A DNA stretch of 64,000 nucleotides from Acidimicrobiales bacterium (GCA_029247365.1 JAQWLJ010000021.1:547-64546); one strand, 5' to 3'. Positions 20,365 to 29,643 are shown, counted from the stretch's first letter. Translations and numbers: made by a program. Notes: generated from the letters alone by a model not told the origin.

Positions 20365-22131
20365 TCAGACGTAGTCCTTGTACTTGTCGAGGTAGCGCGT
20401 CGGGGTCTGCAGTGCATCCTTGCGGAATGGGTCGCCGAGTTCTTTGGTGCACATGATCTCGATGACCGTGGTCTTGCCCTCGCTCATCTGGGCATCGATC
20501 GCGGCGGTGAGGGCGGAGCCGACCTGGTCGAGCTGATCGACCCGTACGCCTTCGGCGCCCATGGCCTTGGCGATCTCGCTGTAGTTCTCGCCACCCTCAA
20601 GCTCACCGGCGACGAAGCGACGACCGTAAAAGTCGACCTGGTTCTTCTTCTCGGCGCCCCACTGTCGGTTGTGGAACACGATCGATGTGACCGGGATGTT
20701 GTGACGGGTGGCGGTCATGAGCTCACCCATGCTCATCGCCCAGGCGCCGTCACCGGCGTAGGAGATGGCCGGACGATCGGGCGCGGCCTTCTTGGCGCCG
20801 ATCACCGTGGGCAGCGCGTAGCCACAGTTGCCCCAGCTCATCGGTGCGAGGAACGAACGCGGCTCTTCGAACCGCAGATAGCTGTTGGCAACCGAATTGA
20901 TGTTGCCGATGTCGGTCGAAACCATTGCCCGGGCTGGCATGGCTTTCTCAAGCTCCCGGAGGACCTGGCGGGGGTGAAGCCAGTGACCGCCCTCACCGTC
21001 AGCCTCGGCGATCATCTCCATCGAGAAGTCGTCCTGCTCATGGGTCCACTCGTCCAGCTCAGCTTCCCACGCTGCCTTCTCGGAGGCGGTGGTGGCGGCT
21101 CGCTCGTCGCGACTGGCATCGCATGCGAGGGTCTTTCCTTCCAGGCGCTGAAGCAACGCGCTTGCGGTGGCACCGGCATCGCCAACAATGCCAACCTGGA
21201 CCTTCTTCACAAGTCCGATCATCTTCTGGTCGGCATCAACCTGGATGATCTTGGCGTCCTTGGGCCAGTAATCCATGCCGTGCTGGGGCAACGTGCCGAA
21301 CGGACCCAGCCGGGTGCCGAGGGCCACGACGACATCGGCCTGGGCGATCAGCTTCATCGCAGCCTTGGAGCCCTGATACCCGAGCGGACCGCACCACTGC
21401 GGGTGGCTAGCTGGGAACGAATCGTTGTGCAGGTAGCTGTTGACCACCGGGCATCCAAGGCGTTCAGCGAGGGCGATCGCCTCCGGAACTGCGTCGCCCA
21501 TCACGACACCACCGCCGCTCACCATCACGGGGAACGTCGCCTCCGCAAGCAGGTCGGCAGCCTCGCGCAAGGTGCGCTCTCCACCGGGCCCGCGGTCGAT
21601 CCGCATCGGCTCGGCGATCTCAACGTCAATGTCGCCGTAGAAGCGGTCGCGCGGAATATTGAGCTGGGTTGGGCCGATCTCGGACATGGCCCGGTCGAAG
21701 CAGCGCGCGGTGATCTCCGCCATGCGGTTCTCGTTCGCGATATGGCCCTGGTACTTCACAAACTCCTGGAACATCGGGAGTTGGTTGGCTTCCTGGAAAC
21801 CGCCCAAGCCCTGGCCCATCGTGCCGGTCTCGGGCGTGATCATCACGACCGGACTGTGGGCCCAGAACGCAGCAGCGACGGCGGTGACGCAATTGGAGAT
21901 GCCCGGGCCGTTCTGACCGATCACCACCCCGTGCTTTCCGCTGACTCGGGCGTACCCGTCGGCCATATGGGCCCCACCCTGCTCGTGCACAACCGGCACA
22001 AGCTCAATTCCGGCTGGCGCAAAGATGTCCATTGCGTCCATGAACGCGCTGCCCATGATGCCGAAGGTCGTGGTGACGCCATTGGCCACCATCGTCTCGA
22101 CGAAGGCCTCGGACGGAGTCATACGGGTCAT
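20365..22131 (-). CDS. xsc: sulfoacetaldehyde acetyltransferase (ThDP-dependent)
   Basis: The N-terminus [30 protein letters not shown]...GQNGPGISN...[16 protein letters not shown] parallels Xsc as I remember it. ThDP motif [10 protein letters not shown]...FHNRQWG. Neighbours are pta and tauE. Confidence 0.8.
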   Translation of the reverse strand: MTRMTPSEAFVETMVANGVTTTFGIMGSAFMDAMDIFAPAGIELVPVVHEQGGAHMADGYARVSGKHGVVIGQNGPGISNCVTAVAAAFWAHSPVVMITPETGTMGQGLGGFQEANQLPMFQEFVKYQGHIANENRMAEITARCFDRAMSEIGPTQLNIPRDRFYGDIDVEIAEPMRIDRGPGGERTLREAADLLAEATFPVMVSGGGVVMGDAVPEAIALAERLGCPVVNSYLHNDSFPASHPQWCGPLGYQGSKAAMKLIAQADVVVALGTRLGPFGTLPQHGMDYWPKDAKIIQVDADQKMIGLVKKVQVGIVGDAGATASALLQRLEGKTLACDASRDERAATTASEKAAWEAELDEWTHEQDDFSMEMIAEADGEGGHWLHPRQVLRELEKAMPARAMVSTDIGNINSVANSYLRFEEPRSFLAPMSWGNCGYALPTVIGAKKAAPDRPAISYAGDGAWAMSMGELMTATRHNIPVTSIVFHNRQWGAEKKNQVDFYGRRFVAGELEGGENYSEIAKAMGAEGVRVDQLDQVGSALTAAIDAQMSEGKTTVIEIMCTKELGDPFRKDALQTPTRYLDKYKDYV

Positions 22132-22175
22132 GTTGTGGTCCCCCTGCCTGGCTCGTGGAGCCGGTGATCAAACCT

Positions 22176-22204
22176 CAGTGAGAGGCTCTAACAGAACAGT
22201 GAGA
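22176..22204. repeat. 8-nt direct repeat CAGTGAGA x2 with 21-bp period in the tetR-xsc spacer (candidate operator)
   Basis: Copies at 22176-22183 and 22197-22204. They flank GGCTCTAACAGAAC and overlap the palindrome AGAG-G-CTCT (22181-22189). Confidence 0.6.
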
Positions 22205-22215
22205 TGCTATCTCTA

Positions 22216-22800
22216 TCAGGCAGCCGTGTCAGCGGTCGATTCGAGCTGGCGGATCCCAGCGACGAGCAGATCCACGAGGTTGGAGAACGTTTCCTCGAGG
22301 TCGTGCGGGTGGGGGTGGCCGTCGCCCGACTCGAGGTGGGCGAACCCATGAAAGGAGCTTCGCAGCGCCCGTGCGACGTGAATCCGCTGGGCCTCATCGA
22401 GCTTGAACCCGCCGAGCGAGCGAAAGATGATCGTCACGACTTCCTCCACCGCATCCTCGAGTTCGGCATCGCCGGCGCACGGGTAGCGATCAGTCGCGGC
22501 GTAGAGGCCAGGAGCCTCGCGCACAACGCCACGCCAAGCATCGCCCAAGGCCCGGACGACGTCAGGCCCGGCAACGCCCTGCGCTGCGGTGCTGAGCCGG
22601 TCGGCGAGCATCTCACGGCCCCGCAGCCCCAGGCTTCGGAGGAGGTCGTCGTACCCCTCGACATGGCGATACAGCGCCGGTTGGCGAACGCCGAGTCGGT
22701 CGGCGACACGGGTGAGCGTGACAGCATCGAGGCCCTCGGCATCGGCAATGCTCGCGGCCTCGTCGATGACTCTTTGCGTGTCGAGCGAGGCGCGGGGCAT
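22216..22800 (-). CDS. TetR/AcrR-family transcriptional regulator (WHG-type C-terminal domain)
   Basis: HTH LTRVADRLGVRQPALYRHV; C-terminal SFHGFAHLE. Confidence 0.9.
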   Translation of the reverse strand: MPRASLDTQRVIDEAASIADAEGLDAVTLTRVADRLGVRQPALYRHVEGYDDLLRSLGLRGREMLADRLSTAAQGVAGPDVVRALGDAWRGVVREAPGLYAATDRYPCAGDAELEDAVEEVVTIIFRSLGGFKLDEAQRIHVARALRSSFHGFAHLESGDGHPHPHDLEETFSNLVDLLVAGIRQLESTADTAA

Positions 22801-22816
22801 TCGTTAGAGAGTATCG

Positions 22817-22850
22817 CTGATCGGTTAGAACCAACTGAACATTCGATCAG
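22817..22850. repeat. 7-bp inverted repeat CTGATCG / CGATCAG with a 20-nt spacer between the tauE stop and tetR start
   Basis: Arms at 22817-22823 and 22844-22850. The spacer contains GGTTAGAACC. Confidence 0.6.
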
Positions 22851-22854
22851 TCCT

Positions 22855-23589
22855 TCAGATGCGACCAACGATGCCCACGATGGCCAGGGCGACCAGAACG
22901 CCGATTCCGACGAATCGGGCCCGCTCGGGATCGACCTTGCCGAACCAGCGAGCGCCAATCGCCGTGCCTAAAAGCATGATCGGCAGGAACGCTGCAACCC
23001 GCACCAACACGGTGCTGTCGAGAAGACCGGCTGCGAGCACAACCACGATCGCAAGAGAATCGAGGAACAGGAAGTACGCGATCAGCGATGCCCGACCTGC
23101 CGTCATACCGGCTGGAGAACCGAGGAAGAACACGATGACCGGAGGACCACCCGCGCTGGTCAGACCGTTGAGCACGCCAGCCCCAACGCCGACGGTCGAG
23201 AGAGCGACTAGACCGAGATCACGCTTCGAGCGCCATCCCGAAGCAAGCACGATGGCTGAGATCAGCACAGCGATCGAGATCACCAACTTCATCGGCTCAG
23301 GATCGATCGCCAACAGCGCCACCACGCCGATCGGCATTCCAATCACGGCGCCTCCAACCAGCCATCGAACCGGCCGCCACATCACCTCATCCCGGCACTC
23401 GCGGATCAGGAGTGCGGAGGCAAACACCTCGAGGCAGAAGATGATTGGAACCGCCTCGTCAGGGTCCATCAGCAAAGCAAGGCCGCTCACCCAGATCAGC
23501 GACGCGCCGAAGCCTGTGAACCCTCGAATCGCCGCACCCGTAACGATCACCACCAGGGCGAGGGCGAACGCCTCGCCCGAGAGTTCCAC
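22855..23589 (-). CDS. tauE: TauE/SafE-family sulfite exporter (membrane protein)
   Basis: 244 aa, about 8 hydrophobic segments, Gly-rich TM motifs (GFTGFGA, GVGAGVLNGLTSAGGP). GTG start lies 1 nt after the pta stop. Confidence 0.75.
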   Translation of the reverse strand: MELSGEAFALALVVIVTGAAIRGFTGFGASLIWVSGLALLMDPDEAVPIIFCLEVFASALLIRECRDEVMWRPVRWLVGGAVIGMPIGVVALLAIDPEPMKLVISIAVLISAIVLASGWRSKRDLGLVALSTVGVGAGVLNGLTSAGGPPVIVFFLGSPAGMTAGRASLIAYFLFLDSLAIVVVLAAGLLDSTVLVRVAAFLPIMLLGTAIGARWFGKVDPERARFVGIGVLVALAIVGIVGRI

Positions 23590-23590
23590 G

Positions 23591-24517
23591 TCAGCCGACG
23601 GCCTGGAGGGAGGCGATCACAGCCACGTTGGCAATGTCGTCTGCGCTGCAGCCCCGGCTGAGGTCGTGCAGCACGCCGTCGAGACCCTGCAGTAACGGCC
23701 CGAACGCCTGCGCTCCACCGAGGCGCTCGGTGATCTTGTACGCGATGTTGCCGCTGTCGAGATCGGGGAAAACAAAGACGTTCGCGTGGCCAGCGACCGG
23801 CGAACCGGGTGCCTTCGCCTCAGCGACAGCGGGCACCCACGCCGCGTCGAACTGCAGCTCGCCATCGACGGCGAGGTCGGGCGCCTGCTGGCGAACAAGC
23901 GCCGTAGCCTCCACCACCTTGTCGACACGAGGATGCGTGGCGCTTCCCTTGGTAGAGAAGGACAGCATCGCAACCCGAGGCTCCTCACCGGCCAGCTGAG
24001 CAAACGACGCTGCGCTCGACACCGCCACCGATGCCAACTGTTCAACGTTTGGATCGGGCAACACCCCACAGTCGCCGTAGACGATCGGACGACCGTCGGG
24101 CAGCACAAAGAAGAAGCAGCTGCTGACGGCACTGACCGACGGTGCGACCTCAAGGATCCGCAGCCCGGCGCGAATGACGTCGCCGGTCGGTCGCGTCGCC
24201 CCGGCCACAGCACCTGCCGCCCATCCGGTCTTTACGAGCGCGGTGACCATCGTCAGCGGATCGTCGGCATCGAGCGGACGACCGTGCCACGGACTGTCCT
24301 CACCTACCGATGCTCGCTGCTCGACGAGTTCCTCGGCCGCTGGGTGACCCGCCTCAGCCAACGAACCGAGGTCTCGCCCGATCACAAGCGCCTCGACCAG
24401 ACCGTCGGCGTTGAGTCGATCAGCAGCCTCGCACGTCCGCGGATCGTTATCGGCGAGCAAAATCCGCCGCGGCATGGCGGCGGCGCGCCGGTACCACTCG
24501 TCGATAATACTCACCAT
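23591..24517 (-). CDS. pta: phosphate acetyltransferase (short form)
   Basis: PTA_PTB-type sequence: [10 protein letters not shown]...[56 protein letters not shown]. Confidence 0.85.
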   Translation of the reverse strand: MVSIIDEWYRRAAAMPRRILLADNDPRTCEAADRLNADGLVEALVIGRDLGSLAEAGHPAAEELVEQRASVGEDSPWHGRPLDADDPLTMVTALVKTGWAAGAVAGATRPTGDVIRAGLRILEVAPSVSAVSSCFFFVLPDGRPIVYGDCGVLPDPNVEQLASVAVSSAASFAQLAGEEPRVAMLSFSTKGSATHPRVDKVVEATALVRQQAPDLAVDGELQFDAAWVPAVAEAKAPGSPVAGHANVFVFPDLDSGNIAYKITERLGGAQAFGPLLQGLDGVLHDLSRGCSADDIANVAVIASLQAVG

Positions 24518-24550
24518 GACGGCTGGGTCAGCCTTTGCCGAGCCACGAGA

Positions 24551-25927
24551 TCAGCTTCGGCTCGGACCACCGGAGGACGACCCCTCACCCGCCAACCACT
24601 CCGCAGCCCGGGTGACGACCTGGTCTGCCTTGTCGTGCATATCGTCGATGACTGCCGTATCTGCGATCAGCGGCGGCGAGAACACGAGCATTGTCGCTCC
24701 TCGGTCATCCGGCCTGATCAGCAGGCCCGCATCGCGGCACGCTCGCGCAAGAATGCCCTGCTGAAGGGCTAGGGCATGCTCATCGGGCAGGTCGTGGTCG
24801 GCGGCCCGGCTCGCCATGAACTCGAGGGCATAGAAGTAGCCCGTGCCTCGGACCTCGCGGAGGACATCGTGCTTTTCGACAAGCGCCTCGAAGCCGGCGG
24901 CCATATAGCTCTCGTTGGCGAGCACATGTTCCATGATCCGTTCGTCTTGCATTGCGGAGATGTTCGCGGCCGCCACCGCAGTGGCAACCGGGTGGCCACC
25001 GAAGGTCGAACCGTGGTTGTAGAGACCCACCTCGGAGTCCCAGATCGTCTCCAGCAATGGGCGACGCACGATCACGCCACCGAGCGGCAGATACGCGCTC
25101 GTCACGCCCTTGGCGAAGGTGATCAGATCAGGTACGACACTGAATCGTTCGCTGCCAAAGAAATGACCGAGCCGACCGAACGAGCAAATCACCTCGTCTG
25201 CGCACAGCAACACGCCGTACTTGTCGCAAATGCGTCGCAGCTCTTGCCAGTAGCCGTGAGGCGGCACCAAGCAGCCACGACCGTTCTGCACCGGTTCGGC
25301 AATGACCATGGCGACTGTTTCGGGGCCTTCGGCGAGGATCATCTCCTCGATCGCCTTCGCTGAGTCCAGCGTTTGCGCCGTGTCGCCGATCGTGTTGCGA
25401 ACGTGGCGAACACCGTCCCACATCATTGGCAGAAACGTCTTGCGGAACTTCGGCACGCCGGTGACGGTCAACGTTGCAAGGGTCGTGCCGTGGTAACTCC
25501 ACTCACGGCTGATGACTTTGTAGCGGGCGTCGTCACCGTTCGCGACATGGAAGTTTCGTGCGAACTTCAGCGCTGCCTCGACCGCCTCGGAGCCAGAGCT
25601 GACGAAGAACGTGTCCTCGAGGTCACCGGGAGCAACCTCAGCAATCAGGGTTGCTGCCTTCGAGACCGGTTCGTGCGTGGTTCCCCAGTTGGGATAGAAG
25701 GCCATGCGTTCCATCTGCTTGCTCGCTTCGGCCGCTAGGTCGGAGCGGCCATGACCAAGGTTCGTGCAGAAGAGGCCGGCAAGGCCGTCTAGGTACTTGT
25801 TGCCCTCGTCATCCCAGACATAGCAGCCCTCGCCGCGATCCATGACCAGCATGTCGTCGGCCTTCCACGCTGCCCCCTTCGTGAAGTGCGGGACAACGTG
25901 GGCTTGTGATGCGGCGCGGAAATCCAT
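24551..25927 (-). CDS. class-III (omega) aminotransferase, putative taurine:pyruvate aminotransferase
   Basis: VSSGSEAVE, LLCADEVICSFGRLG and PLP-lysine context ITFAKGVTSAY. The substrate is inferred only from the xsc-pta-tauE context. Confidence 0.6.
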   Translation of the reverse strand: MDFRAASQAHVVPHFTKGAAWKADDMLVMDRGEGCYVWDDEGNKYLDGLAGLFCTNLGHGRSDLAAEASKQMERMAFYPNWGTTHEPVSKAATLIAEVAPGDLEDTFFVSSGSEAVEAALKFARNFHVANGDDARYKVISREWSYHGTTLATLTVTGVPKFRKTFLPMMWDGVRHVRNTIGDTAQTLDSAKAIEEMILAEGPETVAMVIAEPVQNGRGCLVPPHGYWQELRRICDKYGVLLCADEVICSFGRLGHFFGSERFSVVPDLITFAKGVTSAYLPLGGVIVRRPLLETIWDSEVGLYNHGSTFGGHPVATAVAAANISAMQDERIMEHVLANESYMAAGFEALVEKHDVLREVRGTGYFYALEFMASRAADHDLPDEHALALQQGILARACRDAGLLIRPDDRGATMLVFSPPLIADTAVIDDMHDKADQVVTRAAEWLAGEGSSSGGPSRS

Positions 25928-25962
25928 TCGCGACCTCCCTTCTCTCCACGCGACTGTACCGA

Positions 25963-25983
25963 GGTTCTAGTTAGAGGGTCTAG
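25963..25983. promoter_or_regulatory. AT-rich motif GGTTCTAGTTAGAGGGTCTAG upstream of the aminotransferase gene (candidate operator)
   Basis: Lies 36-56 nt upstream of the ATG at 25927. It shares the GTTCT(n)GTTAGAG core with the reverse complement of 22184-22197. Confidence 0.35.
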
Positions 25984-26191
25984 CGCGAATGCGAAGTTTC
26001 CTAACCAATACGTTCGGGTGTTTCCACGGACCAATCCTGCGCTCCCCACTCTCCAGACCGAACGTGCCCGCTGGTTGGGGAGGAGCCGAGAGCACAGCCA
26101 GCCAGGACCACTCAGACCATCGACTGGCAGTCGTTGTCTCCGCAACCGAAACGGCGACATGGCGCTTCGAAGTGGGGCGAGGCCCGGGCCG

Positions 26192-28567
26192 CTACGCGCG
26201 AAGGCTGGCGCCGGTCTTCTTGGCGACCTGATCGATGCAGGACTGACGAGCTTGGCCGACCTCATCATCGGTGAGGGTGCGGTCCTTGGCCTGGAAGCGG
26301 AGGCGGTACGCGAGCGAACGGGAACCCTCGTCAACTCCCTGACCTCGGTAGACGTCAAACAGTTCAAGGCCGACAAGCAGGTCGCCACCGCCCTTGCGCA
26401 GAGATGCTTCGACCTGCGATGCCGCAACGTCATCGGTGAGCACGAACGCTAGGTCAATGTCGCTCGACGGGAACTTGCTAACCGGCCTGTACTTGCGGTT
26501 GCCGTGTGGACCGTCGAGAAGCGCCCCGAGATCGAGTTCGAGCCACGCGACGCGTCCGTCGACGCCATAGGCCTCGAGGACAGCCGGGTCGACTTCGCCG
26601 ACGTAGCCGCGGGGACGACCGGCGACGACGACTTCGGCGGCGCGGGTCGGGTGCAAACCGGCGACCCGGTCGGTCTTGAGCTGCAAGTTCGGCAACGCGA
26701 GCGCTCGGTCGAGCAAGTCGAGGATCGCGACCGCCGCCGGCGCCTCCTCCCCGGCCAAGGCCACCGCAAGATACTCGCGCTCATCAGGGAGTGGGTCGCC
26801 CTCACCAGACGGCAGGAAGACATGGTCGATCTCGAAGAAACGCACGTCGGGGTTGCGATGTGACTGGTTGTACGCAATCGCCTTGAGCTGGCCAGGCAGA
26901 AGCGAGGTACGAAGGATTGACTCTTCAGCGTGCAACGGATTGGTCAGGGAGACCCCGTCCTCGGGCAGTCCAGCCTTGGCCAGATCCCCCGGTGCGAGAA
27001 ATGGCATCGGCAGCGTCTCATCGCATCCGACCCCGGTGAGCACCTCGCGAACGAGGCGGCGGTCCTTTTGGTACTGGCTGAGGCCGCCGGCGTCCTCGCC
27101 CTTCGGGACGGTGCGCTCAATGTTCTCATAGCCAAACATGCGACCGACTTCTTCGGCGATGTCGGTTTCGGTCGTGGTGTCCCAACGCCAGGTGGGAATG
27201 ACGACCTCGATCGTCTCGTCTGACACGTTGCCGCATTCGAAGCCGATCGGCTCGATGTGGGCGACCATCTCGGCGGCCGACAACGAGGTGCCGAGCAGGC
27301 CGTTGATCTTGGCAACGCGGACGGTGACCGGAGACCGGTCCGGCGTCTTCCCAGGCACGTCGACCAAACCGGCGACTGCGGTGACGCCACTCTCGGCCAC
27401 CAGCTGGATAAATCGGTGCATGGCCCGCACGATGTTCTCGCCGTAGTCCGCCCCCCGACGGAAGCGGGTGGAAGCCTCTGATGGCAGGTTGAGACGCTTG
27501 ACCGTGCGGGAGATCGATGGCGGGTCCCACCAAGCCATTTCGACAAGGACGTCGGTGGTCGAGTCCGAGATCTCGGTCGAGGCACCGCCCATGACACCGG
27601 CGAGGGAGACAATCTCCCCCGACTCAGCACAGATGACACCGTCGTTGCTTTTGAGCGACCGTTCGACCTCGTCGAGGGTGACGAGTGTTTCGCCGTCCTT
27701 CGCCCGCCGCACGGTGAGCTTGCCGTTGGGAACCGTGCCGAGATCGAACGTGTGGTTCGGTTGGCCGAGTTCAAGCATCACGTAGTTGGAGATGTCGACG
27801 ATCGAATTGATTGGACGCATACCGAGCTGGATAAGGCGTTCCTGCATCCACACAGGCGACTCCCCGACGGTGACGTTTCGGAGCACCGTGGCAACGAATC
27901 GACCACACAGCGTCGGGTCATCGACCACGATGTCAAGGAGCCCGTCAACAGACTCGTCGGCGGTGGTGATTTCGTAGTCAGGGAACCGGAACTCGACGCC
28001 GAGGACGGCCGCCAGATCGCGCGCCACGCCGGCAACCGACATTGCGTCCGGCCGATTCGCGTTGACTTCGAGATCCCACAGGATGTCGGGCTCGACCCCA
28101 ATCGCCGAAGCGAGTTGCTGGCCAAGCTCGGCGCCGTCGACCACCCGGTCGTTGAGGATCAAGATGCCGTCCTCGTCGCTCGTGAGGCCGATCTCCGCAC
28201 CCGAGCAGCACATACCGTTCGAGGTCTGACCACGCAGCTCACGCTGGGCGATCTCCATGCCGTTGGGCATCACCGTGCCGATCGTGGCGAAGGGGACGAG
28301 GTCGCCGACGCTCATGTTGAACGCGCCACAACAGACCTGCAGGGGTTGACCATCGCCTTGGTCGACATCAACCAGCTGAATCTTGTCGGCGTCGGGGTGA
28401 GGCCGAAGGTCGAGAACCTTTGCGAGCACGACACCGTCGACGATCTCACCGACCACGTCCATTTCCTCGACCGCTAGGCCGAGCGCAGACAAGGTCTCAC
28501 ACAGTTCGACAGGGTCGCCGTCGATGTCGGGCGCAAACTCGCGGAGCCAGGACAGGGTGACCTTCAT
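26192..28567 (-). CDS. pheT: phenylalanyl-tRNA synthetase beta subunit
   Basis: 791 aa. N-terminus MKVTLSWLREF plus tRNA-binding domain, B3/4 and B5 regions. Start overlaps the pheS stop. Confidence 0.95.
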   Translation of the reverse strand: MKVTLSWLREFAPDIDGDPVELCETLSALGLAVEEMDVVGEIVDGVVLAKVLDLRPHPDADKIQLVDVDQGDGQPLQVCCGAFNMSVGDLVPFATIGTVMPNGMEIAQRELRGQTSNGMCCSGAEIGLTSDEDGILILNDRVVDGAELGQQLASAIGVEPDILWDLEVNANRPDAMSVAGVARDLAAVLGVEFRFPDYEITTADESVDGLLDIVVDDPTLCGRFVATVLRNVTVGESPVWMQERLIQLGMRPINSIVDISNYVMLELGQPNHTFDLGTVPNGKLTVRRAKDGETLVTLDEVERSLKSNDGVICAESGEIVSLAGVMGGASTEISDSTTDVLVEMAWWDPPSISRTVKRLNLPSEASTRFRRGADYGENIVRAMHRFIQLVAESGVTAVAGLVDVPGKTPDRSPVTVRVAKINGLLGTSLSAAEMVAHIEPIGFECGNVSDETIEVVIPTWRWDTTTETDIAEEVGRMFGYENIERTVPKGEDAGGLSQYQKDRRLVREVLTGVGCDETLPMPFLAPGDLAKAGLPEDGVSLTNPLHAEESILRTSLLPGQLKAIAYNQSHRNPDVRFFEIDHVFLPSGEGDPLPDEREYLAVALAGEEAPAAVAILDLLDRALALPNLQLKTDRVAGLHPTRAAEVVVAGRPRGYVGEVDPAVLEAYGVDGRVAWLELDLGALLDGPHGNRKYRPVSKFPSSDIDLAFVLTDDVAASQVEASLRKGGGDLLVGLELFDVYRGQGVDEGSRSLAYRLRFQAKDRTLTDDEVGQARQSCIDQVAKKTGASLRA

Positions 28568-29580
28568 CAGAACTGCCTCAGGAAGCGAACATCGTTGTTC
28601 ACGAGCTCACGGATGTCATCGAGCTCGTAGCGCATCACTGCGAGCCGGTCGATGCCGAAGCCAAAGGCAAAGCCCTGCCACTGTTCGGGATCGATGCCGC
28701 AGTTGTGGAGCACGTTGGGGTGGACCATGCCGCAGCCGCCGAGCTCGAGCCACGACCCGTCATCGCGGCTGATATCGAACTCGGCCGACGGCTCGGTGAA
28801 TGGGAAGTACGACGGGCGCAGGCGGGTCTTCACGTCGCCGCCGAAGAACGCGTGGACGAACGCCTCGATAGTGCCGTGCAAGTCGCCCAGCGTGATACCT
28901 CGGTCGATGACCAAACCCTCGATCTGATTGAACGCCGGCAGATGGGTGGCATCGGCCGTGTCGGTCCGAAACGTTCGACCGGGAGCAACGATGTAGATCG
29001 GCGGCTCCGTGTTCTCCATCGTGCGGATCTGAACCGGTGAGGTGTGCGACCGCAACATCACCTCTTCCGGCTCGCCCAGATTCACAAAGATCGTGTCGAA
29101 GCTCCCCCGGGCTGGGTGCCACTCGGGGATGTTGAGCGCCTCAAAGTTGTACCAGGCAGTCTCGACCTCGGGACCCTCCGCGACGGTGAACCCCATGCAG
29201 ACGAACACGTCCTCGAGTCGATCACGAGCTTGCGTGTTGAGATGCAACGAGCCCCGGCGGACCTCGTTGAGCCGCTCAGAGAGGTCGAGTCGCTCGGCTT
29301 CGTACTGGGCCTGACGAGCGCCAGCGGCCAGCCGGTCGCGGGCGGCCGCAACCTCTGCTTCGAGTGTGGTTCGCGCTGCGTTGATCGCCTGCCCGACCTC
29401 CTTGCGGTCGGCGGGGTCAAGCTGACCGAGCTGCTTCTTCGCCGCGGTGACCGCCGACTTCTTGCCGAGAAACTCAGCGTCGAGCGCCGAAACTGCGTCG
29501 AGATCGACCGCTGCGGCCAACCGGACGTTGGCGTCGGCAAGAACGGCATCGAGATCGGCGGTGAGAGAAGCACTGCTCAT
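28567..29580 (-). CDS. pheS: phenylalanyl-tRNA synthetase alpha subunit
   Basis: Class-II motifs: LRSHTSPVQIR, GRTFRTD, YFPFTEPSAEFD, LGGCGMVHPNVL. Confidence 0.95.
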   Translation of the reverse strand: MSSASLTADLDAVLADANVRLAAAVDLDAVSALDAEFLGKKSAVTAAKKQLGQLDPADRKEVGQAINAARTTLEAEVAAARDRLAAGARQAQYEAERLDLSERLNEVRRGSLHLNTQARDRLEDVFVCMGFTVAEGPEVETAWYNFEALNIPEWHPARGSFDTIFVNLGEPEEVMLRSHTSPVQIRTMENTEPPIYIVAPGRTFRTDTADATHLPAFNQIEGLVIDRGITLGDLHGTIEAFVHAFFGGDVKTRLRPSYFPFTEPSAEFDISRDDGSWLELGGCGMVHPNVLHNCGIDPEQWQGFAFGFGIDRLAVMRYELDDIRELVNNDVRFLRQF

Positions 29581-29643
29581 TGGAACGACAGGTTAGGGGC
29601 ACATCGACACACCCGGTGCGTGTTTCGGTGGCACACTGCCGAC

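Noticed and set aside
29044-29643. The first 200 codons of plus-strand ORF 29044-29922.
   Set aside because: They are antisense to pheS and compositionally shadow-like. Only the last 92 codons (the GNAT/YjdJ-like protein) lie outside pheS and look like protein.
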